Of a stretch of DNA of 64,000 nt, positions 25,280 to 36,600 are shown in pieces. The stretch is from assembly GCF_006345805.1 (NCBI RefSeq), contig NC_043013.1:17670001-17734000 (forward strand), read 5' to 3'. This DNA is from Octopus sinensis. Taxonomy: Eukaryota. The translations under genes were made by a program, and so were the position numbers. Under the pieces are notes generated by a model. The model searched no databases and was not told the DNA's origin. It was given only the letters and a program-made list of their open reading frames with translations. How positions within the stretch are numbered: position 1 is the first letter of the stretch; every line of letters begins with the position of its first letter.

Positions 25280-25894
25280 ATAATCAAAATATTAGGGGGA
25301 TTGGAGAAGTAAAATATCTAATTTCATCTGTCAATTTGAGTAAGTCTTGCCATGCCTGACTGTAACTTTTTGTGCTATGTTTGGTGAGGGTGTTTCTATG
25401 AATGAATGTAGCCTGTCTTTGTATTGATGGAAGAAACATGGAGATGGAAGTCTCTCCTCATGGAGAAATGCTCTCAGCATATCTGGTCATGGATCCAGTT
25501 TGTGTGTGTGTGTGAATAATCATCATTAATCTTTCACTTGTTTCAGTCATTAGACTGGGGCACACCTTGAAGAATTTTTTAGCTGAACGGAATGGGCCCT
25601 ACTACTTATTTTTTAAAGCTTGGTAACTTATTTAAACAGTCTTTTCTGTCGAATGGTGTCAAGCAGTGGTAGGGACAAAGATGCGCACACACGACAGGCT
25701 TCTTTTCAGTTTCTGTCTATCAAATTCTTTCACAAGGTTTTGGTTAGCCCAAAGCTATAGTAGAAAACACTTGCCCAAGGTGCCATGCAGTGGGGTTGAA
25801 CCCAGAACCATGTGGTTGGGAGGCAAACTTCTTACCATACATCCACACCTATATATATATATATATATATATATACATACTTTTTGTTCATCCT

Positions 25895-26760
25895 TCGGGT
25901 TCGAAGATGACCATTGACATCATTTGGTGGAATTGCTGCTATGAGACCGGAGGTGGCTGGTGAGGCCAATCCGGGCAAGAAAGCCCCTCCCACAAGTGGG
26001 GCAGAAGTGGGTAGGGGCTGTGCTATTGGTGCAGGTGGCTTTGGCTTTCTGCATCTGGCATTTCTGTTCTGCTGACTGAATCCGTCTCTCCTCGGCTGTC
26101 TTTGCTCCTGTGGTGATTGCGCTGCGCCAGGATGAGCGGTCGGCAGCAAGTGTCTCCCAAGTCTCTGTGCCGATGGAGAAGTCTTTGAGACTGTCCTTGA
26201 AGCGCTTCTGCCCTCCGACTTTGCGTTTGCTCTGGCTGAGTTCATCGTAGAAGAGCTGTTTTGGGATGCGAGTGTCGGACATGCGGGAGACGTGGCCTGC
26301 CCATCTTAGCTGGGCCTTGTGCATGATTGTGATGGTGCTAGGGAGATCAGCCTGCTTCAGAACTTCCGTGTCTGGGACTTTGTCCTGCCAGCAGATGTGA
26401 AGGAGGTTCCGAAGACACCTGAGGTGGAAGTGGTTTATCTGGCGCTCGTGCCTTCAGTAAGCAGTCCACGTCTCGCAACCGTATAGTAGAGTGGTAAGCA
26501 CGACTGCCCGGTAGACTTTCAGCTTGGTGTTGAGGCTGATTCCTCTCCACTCCCAGACTTTCTTTCGCAGTCTCCCAAATGCGCTGCTTGCTTTGGAGAT
26601 TCTGTTGATAATTTCAGCATCTATGTTGGCATTGCAGGAGAGAGTGCTGCCCAGGTAGGTGAAGTATTCCACCGCTTGTAGGATCCGTCTATTCACCTTT
26701 ATCTGAGGCTCATGGTATTGTTTGCCGGGGGCTGACTGAAACATCACTTCGGTTTTCTTG
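25895..26760 (-). mobile_element. 5'-truncated RTE-clade (BovB-like) LINE
   Basis: EYFTYLGSTLS...RISKASSAFGRLRKKVW...TKLKVYRAVVLTTLLYGCETWT; AQLRWAGHVSRMSDTRIPKQLFYDEL...GGQKRFKDSLK; terminal CPTCGRGFLARIGLTSHLRSH. A few frameshifts. Confidence 0.92.
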
Positions 26761-27528
26761 GCATAAGTGACATCAAAACGAGCCTTTTGTTTACAAATAT
26801 GATTTCATCTGTGGGATGAGGAATCAATACAATAAAGTACCGGAATGGTAACCTAGGGCTGAATAAATCACTCTGGTACTTTATTGTATTGATTCCTCAT
26901 CCCACAGATGAAATCATCATCATCATTGTTTAACGTCTGCTTTCCATGCTAGCATGAGTTGGACAGTTCGACCAAGGTCTGGGAAGCCAGGAGGCTGCAC
27001 CAGGCTCTAATCTTGATTTGGCAGAATTTCTACAGCTGGATGCCCTTCCTAACGCCAACCATTCCGTGAGTGTAGTGGGTGCTTTTCACGTGCCACCGGC
27101 ACGGGGGCCAGTCAGGCGGTACTGGCAATGACCTCGCTCGAATCTTTTTACACGTGCCACCGGCACAGATGCTAGTGAAGTGACGTTGGTAACGATCACA
27201 CTCAATGAAATGTAAAAAGAAATATAAGTAACACCACAAGGCATTAATAAAGAAAAACAAAAACTAGTATATAAGAATAATATATTGAAAGAAAAAAAAT
27301 TTACATCTTCAACAGTTGCCCAACACAACTGTGTTTGCCATGGTTCAATATACAAACTTTGATGGAAGGAAAACAAATTTGATGTCAGTTGGATTTTGTT
27401 TTTATATGGATTGTTATTGTTTTTTTTCTTCATTGTTTCCTGTTAGCATTGTAACTAATTTATTCTAAAATGGGGTTTGGAGGGATAACAAAAACAAAAA
27501 AAAAAGGGTTCATTAATGTTGAGGCTGG

Positions 27529-27663
27529 TCAAATGGAAAAGAGGTCTCCTGCTGATGGTAATGGGGTAACATCTTGTAATAATGTTAAGTCAGGTAAATT
27601 TTGGATGTGTGACTGTAACTCTTCGCGGACTGTCGTCACTTTGGTCAACTTTCGTTTGTATTC
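27529..27663 (-). CDS. RPRD1B: RPRD1 exon 7, terminal coding part
   Basis: TTATTGTAG acceptor; EYKRKLTKVTTVREELQSHIQNLPDLTLLQDVTPLPSAGDLFSI then TGA. Confidence 0.92.
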   Translation of the reverse strand, partial: EYKRKLTKVTTVREELQSHIQNLPDLTLLQDVTPLPSAGDLFSI

Positions 27664-30600
27664 CTACAATAAATAAAATGTTAATACTTCAAAATATAAA
27701 CTAAATGTAACAAGATACATGCATAGAAAAAAAAAACAATGGTTTTTGCTTTAAACTATTAATATATATTTCTTTATTGCCCACAAGGAGCTAAATATAG
27801 AGGGGACAAAGGGATTAAGTCAATTACATTGACCCCAGTGCGTGACTGGTACTTTATTTACCGACCCCGAAAGGATGAAAGGCAAGGTTGACCTCAGCTG
27901 AATTTGAACTCAGACGGCAAACGAAATATGGCTACGCATTTCGCCCGGCGTGCTAATGTTTCTGCCAGCACGCCGCCTTTTTGTTTTAAACTATTAATAT
28001 ATTTAAAGGTAAGTGTGCTTAACCCTTTAAGCATTTAAACCAGCTATATCCAGCCAAAATATTCTAGTTGTTCTATGTTGAAACCAGCCATATCCAGCTT
28101 GTTGTGCCTGTCCTTCAATGTCAATCTAAAAATACGTAACCACATTATGAAAATTTCAAAGATACAAAATGATGCATAATTAATTAAAAACAATGTGAAT
28201 AAATAATCATTACATTTAACAGAGTAACAGGAATACTAAAGGATGAATGGATCAAAGTATACTAGATTACCTCCCCTGATTCCACTCTTCCATGCTTGCA
28301 TATCAAAAGGTATTCATCAAGGCAGATTTTCGTTGCTCAAATGCCCTTCCTGACGCCAATCCTCACCTTTTTCCCAAGCAAGGTAATATTTTTCAATCAT
28401 TTTCAAGATTTTTCAAGATTGGAAACAAAGGACCCCCACTTGCAAATTACTGACAGTTGTAACAAACATGTGATATCAAGACAAGGCTACACAAACACAT
28501 TCACATACTTGACAGCTTTCAGTTTCCAGCAACCAAAACCATTTACAACAAGGCTTTGGCCAATCTGGAGCTATTGTAGGAGACACTTGCCCAAGTTGCC
28601 ATGCACTGGGACTGAACCCAAAACCATGTGGTTGGGAAGCAAACTTCTTAACCACATAGCCACACTAATTTCCAATCAGATCAATCACCAATCATCTTTG
28701 TCTTATTTGTGTCAATTGTTTACATGCCTTATATGTGTTTTTCTTAACAAAAGGCGGCGAGCTGGCAGAAACGTTAGCACACCGGGCAAAATGCGTAGCC
28801 GTAATTCGTTTGCTGTTACATTCTGAGTTCAAATTCCGCCGAGGTTGACTTTGCCTTTCATCCTTTCGGGGTCGATAAATTAAGTACCAGTTACACACTG
28901 GGGTCGATGTAATCGACTTAATCCCTTTGTCTGTCCTTGTTTGTCCCCTCTATGTTTAGCCCCTTGTGGGTAATAAAGAAACAGATATGTGTTTTTCTTA
29001 ACAAGATTATAATTATTCAACATATTAACCTCCTTTATTCAGAGTACAATTAAAACATTTAAACCTATTCAGTCTCTAATTGTGGTCAGATATTTTATCC
29101 ACAGAGAGCAGAAAACATTAAAAACAAAAAAATACCAAATCTAAAATACAAAATTGTTCAGATAAAACAGTAGTTCCCAAACTTTTTCAGGCTGCCACCC
29201 CCATGGCACTCAGACCACATTCCTAGTGCACCCCCTCACCACCACAGACATAGACCATTTTCTGCAGCAAATTCAAAACAAAGGTATTTCACAAATAAAA
29301 CTTTAGTCTAATTAATCCAATATTTTGTTTTTTACATCCATTGCCTCTTTTGGCCACCCCATTACCACCCGACTTTTCTTCAATGACCCCACCACCACCA
29401 TCAGAGGAACAGTACCATCCCACTTTGGGAATCACTAATGTAAAAGCTAAAAAGAAAACAAAAATAAACTTACAATGAGTCTGGCCTCTGCAATTTGTAG
29501 ATGATCTCGTTGAAGATTCAGGTAGGTCCGCACCATACGAGCATTTTCTTTCCTGTCTATGAGTTCTTGGCTCAGTCTTTGGTTGTACTCAGTCAACAAA
29601 CTATAAGCTTCGTCTACTGTCTCAGACAACTTCTGTGCATCATCTTTATCTGCAAACAAAGGATTCCATTGTTCAAGAAATAGACATGATTTGATTTCAG
29701 TTACTTTTCCCCTGGCTCGATATCCTTAGGAAAACCAAGGCCCAGAAAATAGTAAGGTTTTGTATAGTTGCTCACTCTCTACAAAAGGCACACTAGCAAG
29801 CCCCTTTAGAGTATTGCTCTGGGTCGGTACTGATATGACAAACACACACAAACATATATTAATCTTATTGACCTGAGACAGTAAAGTACAGATGTTTTAG
29901 ATGCAAATCAGAATAGCCTTTGTTGACCTCAGGTGATAAAGTACTATTATATACACACATGAATATACTGTTGATTTGAGACAGAGAAAATATAAACCTC
30001 ATATACAATCATATACACTCTTGAGAACAGCTGACACATATCTGGGATGCATAGAACACATATTACATTCTAGAGTGTATAGAAAAAAAGCTTAATTTAA
30101 GTGCATAGCAGAATCTCATAAATGCAACATAACCATTAACCCTTTCGTTACTAAACCGCCCTAAAAAAATTTTGGTTAATGTGACCAAACCGCCCAATTC
30201 ATAAACCTATTCATATTTAAATGAGAATATCAGAGCAAATCTCTTTAGTACATTTGTGAAAACACGTGATTATATTTCGTAAACAGTTCATCTACAGTTT
30301 TGTACAACGATCAACGTGTAATTTTAATTCCCTGAATTTTGGGAGATTTTTTTCCACATTTTTTTCGGCATCGATTTTTCTTCAACTTTGAAAATGGATA
30401 GGAGTTTCATGTTATCAAATATTGATTCCGAATTGGAAAATTTGTGAAGCAAATACTGGGTACTGTTGTGGATTTAGTTTTTATACAGGGAGACTAATGT
30501 TAGTCAGCATGGCTTAGGGTATGATGTGGTCTGGAAGTTATTGTTTGAAGCGATCAATGTGGAAACAAACTTACGCAGAATGTAAACTAACACAAAATGG

Positions 30601-33600
30601 GGGTTCAAATTTCGGAAAATTTGTGAAGCAAATACTGGGTACTGCGTGGATTTAGTTTTTATACAGGGAAAATAATGTTAGTCAGCATGGCCTAGGGAAC
30701 GATGTGGTCTGGAATTTATCACTTCCATACCATAACCAGGGCCGTATATTATTTTTTGACCGATTTCTTTAGTTCGGTCAAACTTGCGGTGGATTCCAGT
30801 ATTTCACTTTATTCCACCTTTATGGTACACCTGTTGTGCATTAAATTCAACTGATGATATAGTGATGTGCACAATTCTTCTTTATCAAAATTTTGTTGCA
30901 TACCCATTTGAATATTAGCTGATGATTCATTTTCTATGGTGATGTTTAAACAAAATTTTTATATTTTTACCTTTTGCTCAATTTACCTGGATTTACCTGT
31001 AATTAAAGTCACTTTGAGATAAAAGTTATGCAATAGAATTGATTAAGAACCCTTTCTTTAATTATGTTCCAAATATCACATTAATATGTTGATAAGTAAA
31101 AAAAGTTACAGTTATTTAATGAAACAAGCCTACATTCATGATTATTTTAGAATTTAATTGAAACTCATGAGGGGTGTATTTTGATCAGAAATATAGTAAC
31201 GAAAGGGTTAATAGAGACCAACATAGACCACTTCTGTTTAATAAACTTCAACTGATCATATGTTCTGCTAGAAATGGCAGCTAAGTATCAATCACGTCAC
31301 CTCAAGCCATCTTAAATAACAAAAGAGATAGGACAATGTAGTCCTAGACACTTTCCTTGAAAAAAAAAAACCTTGCAAGTGATCCAAGGCTGGATCACTT
31401 GCTCAATCAGATTGACTCAGGGTTAAAAAGCTACAAGGACCAAATTTTGTTCCATCCTGTTTCCATTTTACCTTGCAAATAAAATGAAACATCAGTCTGA
31501 AGGGCATGAATATCAGTTTGCAGGAGAGGAACTGAAGGAAAAGGAAATAGGAATGGGTGAGGAAGGAGGAGAAAGTAATAAGGGGTAGTAGTAAGGATAC
31601 AATGTGAAATGGAGGTGGGGGGATAGGTGGTATCATTAACAACACCTGAGTGAGTAGTTTTGCAGTTAGAAGATTGCTAGAGGAACAGGTGTTAGATGAT
31701 GACTTGTGGGAGGAAAGTTAAGCAAAAAAATAAGCCAACAAAAGAGCCATTACATGGTTACTCCACCAGCTAGAAATAACAGCCAGATATCCCTCAAATT
31801 ACACTCTACCATATAATAAAAAGGAATGATACATTAGCTACATAACATAAGCCTATACATCATCATCATCATCATTTAACGTCCGCTTTCCATGCTAGCA
31901 TGGGTTGGACGATTTTGACTGAGGACTGGCAAACCAGATGGCTGCACCAGGCTCCAATCTGATTTGGCAAGGTTTCTACAGCTGGATTCCCTTCCTAATG
32001 CCAACCACTCCGAGAGTGTAGTGGGTGCTTTTTACGTGCCACCTGCATGAGAACCAGTCAGGCGGCACTGGCATCAGTCACACTTGAATGGTGCTTTTTA
32101 TATAGCACCAGTAATACACACACACACACACACAAAAGATAAGGTAGTTACAGCTGGGATGTCTTTAACCCTAGGCCTACTCAGTCAGAGCTAACCTGGG
32201 TTTAAACAATAGAAGAAAGTTCCAAACCTTTTAACTTCTCTAAACATGTATGGTCAGCAACTTCTTGTGGAAGAGCTGCAATTCTTTCTCTGACAGCAGC
32301 ATCACTCGAAGGAGAATTTTCTAGATTATACAGGTTTTTCACAAGATCTTCAGTCTGAAAGTAAAAAATGGTAAATGAATCATCAAATAAATTACAAAAT
32401 CAAATATCAGTAACAGACATTATTTTAATTTTATTTATTCATCTGTTTTGCTTTTTAAATATTTTATTCAGAGGATGGAGGGTCATGTTAGTAATAACAC
32501 TTCAGGACTGATGAGAGAAAGGTATATCCCCAGACTGGGCATCTCACCTGAATGTTTGGAACAAGGTGGATTCTGTTAGAGGTACTCAAGGAACAGATGT
32601 TGGTTTCAAAGTGGTCTTACTAAAGATACCCAAGAACCAGGTAGTGATATTAAACTGTGACATGGTATACTCTGTTAGAGTCAGCCAAGAACCAATTCAA
32701 CAGGGTGAACAGCTAAAAGGTACCCAAAGATCAAATGGTGGTGTTAAACTGGATGACAACAGAGTAGACTCCACTAAAGGCATCCAAGAACCAGGTAGGA
32801 GTGGGTGACATAAGGGTAGACTCCACTAAAGGTACCCAAGGACCAGATAGTGTGGTGTTAAACTGGGTGACAACTGGATGGACGCTGCCAGAGGCATCCA
32901 AGAACCAAGCATGGGATTAGCTTATGCTCACACAGAAACAATCACTTCCTCTGATGTGTCCATCTTTGAACTTTGAGTCAGAAGGCTATGGTTGACCAAC
33001 GACACTTGCCCAATATGTGTGAGTGGAACAATGACGATATATTAGCATGGCTGTTAAGTTACTACATACAGGCCTGCAAAACACCAACATAACATTGATA
33101 TTTAAAACATTTGGCATCTCAAAAGTAATATGTACATTGAAAACACACATAATTACAAGCCAATGAGATGTCTTCTATGCAGTCGATGGACATGCTGGTA
33201 ATAGGAGTCAAATCTCCTTCAAAATCATTTCTTTGTTGGTACAGGACAGCACTTTGGCAACATCTAACAAAATCAAAGACATTCTTACTCCAATATTCTT
33301 GTTTTATTAGAGAGAGACAGTGTAGTAGCAGCTCCCTAAACTTATTCTAATGACAACAATAGAGGCTAGCTTTTCCTCACATAAAGATAGCAATTAGAAG
33401 GAAGGGGTAAGAAATTAAAAGGAGAAATTGAAGGTAAAGAACATTTAGAAAGCCTACCGTTGGGGGTTCTCCAATTTCATCCATGGCATCAATTTCTTGT
33501 TTAAGGGTCAGTTGGTGTTCTTGGTGTTTCTTCTTCTTCACTGTTGGTGATTTATTGGTGGTGGTGGTGGTGCTGCTGGTTGTGGTAGTAGTGGAGTTGG

Positions 33601-36600
33601 TGCTGTTGTTGTTGTTACTGTTGATGTTGTGGTTAGATAATGATGAAGTGGATGACAGATCTGTTGTCTCTGACCAAGGAGAGTCTGCAGGGAAGGTATA
33701 AACAGGTTTAATGCATTTGACATTTAAAGGGATTCAACTTCAACCAAGTTAATGGTCCTACACACAAGTTTATGTTGACAGATCTCCCTCACTCATGTAA
33801 TCTACATGCTGACATAGATATCACTCAACAATATACACTGACGTGTTATATATATATATATATATATACATATTAGTATATGTTCATCCAGAACTACACT
33901 AATAGCTTAGGTGTGAAATTTAGGATTTTTCGGTTTTCTGTGAATCAGTTTTGATAAAACTTTACCCAGCACCAGACTCCAGTTTGATTTGGCATGTTTC
34001 CGAGAATGTAATGGGTGCTCTTACCTGCAACCAGCATGGGTGCCATTTGTGCGACACTGGTATCTGCCATGACTGCAATTTTGCTTGGCTTGATGGGTCT
34101 TCTCAAGCACAACATAATGCCAACAGTCTCAGTCATTGCCTCCAACGAAAGGAACTCAGCCACTCTGCCACCATGAGGCCCAACGCTTGAAAGGGAACTT
34201 ACCTCTGTGAGGCCCAATGCTTGAAAGCAACTCAGCTACTTGGCCTCCGCACAAAGGGAACTTGTCACCATGAGGCCCAACACTCAAAAGGAACTCAGCC
34301 ACTTTGCCTCCATGAGGCCCAATGCTTGAAAGGTGCTCTTTATGCGCCACCAGCATGGGTCCCAGTTACGTGACACCAGCATTAGTCACAACTATGATTT
34401 CACATGGCTTAACAGGTCTTCTCAAGCACAGCATATCACCAAAGGTCTCAGTTGCTAGTCATTAGCTCTGTGAGGCTCAAGTTCAAAGATCATGCTCCAC
34501 CACCTCGTCCCATGTCTTCCTGGGTTCACCTCTACCACAGGTTCCCTCCACATTTAGAGAGCGGCACCTCTTTATACAGATGTCCTTGTCCATATGCATC
34601 ACATGATCATACCAGTGCAATCGTCTCTCTTGCACACTACATCTGATGCTTCTTATGCCTAATTTCCCTCTCAAGATGCTTACACTCTGTCAAACATCCA
34701 GTGAAACATACTGGCTTCATTTCTTTCAAACCTACACATGTCCTTGGCAATCACAACCAATGTTTCACTGCCATGTAGTATAACTGTTTGCATACAGGCA
34801 TCATACAAACTGCCTTTCATTGTGAGGGAGGGGCCCTTTGTTGCCAGCAGAGGTAGGAGCTCTCTGAACTTTGCCCAGCCTAATCTTATTCTCACAGCTA
34901 CACTCTCAGAGCATCAACCCCTGCTACTAACTTGGTCACCTAGATAATGGAAGCTATCTACTACATCTAGCTTGCAGTTGATGGAGTCTATTTTCTGTGC
35001 ATTTTCAGTGTTTATTGTACCAGTACATCTTCCACATACAAAAGCTATTTTCCTTGTTAGCCTTCCTCTGATATTGCTGCACCTTTTATGTGTCCAAAGC
35101 TTACACCGGGTGCATCTTATGGAGTTTCTACCTATGCCATTTCTACAGATCGAACAGGGCCATTTACCTGAAGAGGTTTGTGATTTGTCTGCCTTCCTAC
35201 TTACTAAGACTTTGGTTTTTGCTAGGTTAACTCTAAGGCCCTTCGATTCTATACCTTGCTTCCATGCCTGGAACTTCTTCTCTAGTTCTGGTAGTGACTC
35301 AGCTATAAGAGCAAGGTCATCAGAATAGTGGAGCTCCAAGGGGCATCCTTCCTTGAAATCCACTTTTATTGCCTGGAGGACTATGATGAACAAGAGGGGG
35401 CTGAGGACCCTGAATTCTTCGCTGTACTCATTGCCAAACCTCACCTTACTGGTAGCATTCCTGTACAAGGCTTGTACAGCTCTCACCAACCACTTGCCTA
35501 TCTCTAGCTTCCGCACTGACCACCAGACAAGGGATCAGGGGACCCTGTCAAAAGCTTTCTCCAAATCAATAAAAGCCAAGTACAGAGGTTTATCTTTGGT
35601 TATGTATTTCTCCTGCAGCTGCCTTACCAGAAATATAGCATCGGTGGTGCTTCTACCTGGAACAAAACCTAACTGCATCTCATCTTGACTAACTCTCTCC
35701 TAATTAGTTGGGCTATGACTCTCTCTCACTCACCTGATACAACAAATTGATACCTCCGTAATTATTTCTATCTAAGACATCACCTTTACCTTTGTAGCAA
35801 TTGACAAAGGTGCTGATATATATATATATATAAAATCAGCTAGTAGTTCGTGAATTAAAAAAAAATTACACTCCAAAATAAATAGAACAGTTACATTTTT
35901 ATACATTGCTGAGCAGTATCTTTCTGGTGATGGCATATAACTGATCCAAATGTTACAGTTTATGCCAACTATTGCACTTGGCAAGATTGATGACTCTTGA
36001 GCTTCTTTCAATTTCCATTTATCAAATTCCAGATTCAATCACAAGACTTTTGTCAGCCCAAGTCTCTAATAGAAGACACTTGCTTAAGGTGCCATACAGT
36101 GGGACTGAACTCAAAAATCATGCGCTTGTGAAACAAACTTCTTAAGCACATATCCATGTTTGTGCCGATATAGAATATAAAGAAATAATACTTACTGAGG
36201 CTGTGCCTCATCACTTTGATAAAGTCTTTGTCATAGACTCCTCTCTCTCCCCAAATATTCAGGATTCTTTCCAATGTCTGTTTAATTTTGTCATCAGCAT
36301 CTCTGTGGAAGAACAACAACAACATCGACTTCTTTATTTAGGAGACACAAGGACAAATAAATCAAATAGTTAACCCTTAGTGTATTACAGGTACATTATG
36401 TCATTGAACACTTAATCCTACCTGCTGAGGAAGGTGGAGAAAAGGCAAAGTTGTATTTGGAAAACAAAATCATCAACATCATAGTTTAACATCCGTTTTC
36501 CTTGCTGTTCAGGGGAGGGAATAAGTTGATTGCATCAATGCCTGTGCTCAACTGGTACTCATTTTATCAACCTTGAAAGGATGAAAAGCAAAGTCAATCT

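Noticed and set aside
25832-26245. 137-aa ORF overlapping the RTE
   Set aside because: Alternate frame of the GC-rich LINE.
4133-27528. A 7SK-like RNA near cyclin T, or snoRNAs in the gap
   Set aside because: GGATGTG matches (about 11803, 13844) have no matching 3' end, terminator or stem. This was a by-eye check only; an Infernal/Rfam scan is needed to exclude it.
33483-33701. 72-aa plus-strand hydrophobic ORF
   Set aside because: Antisense translation of RPRD1 exon 4 repeats.
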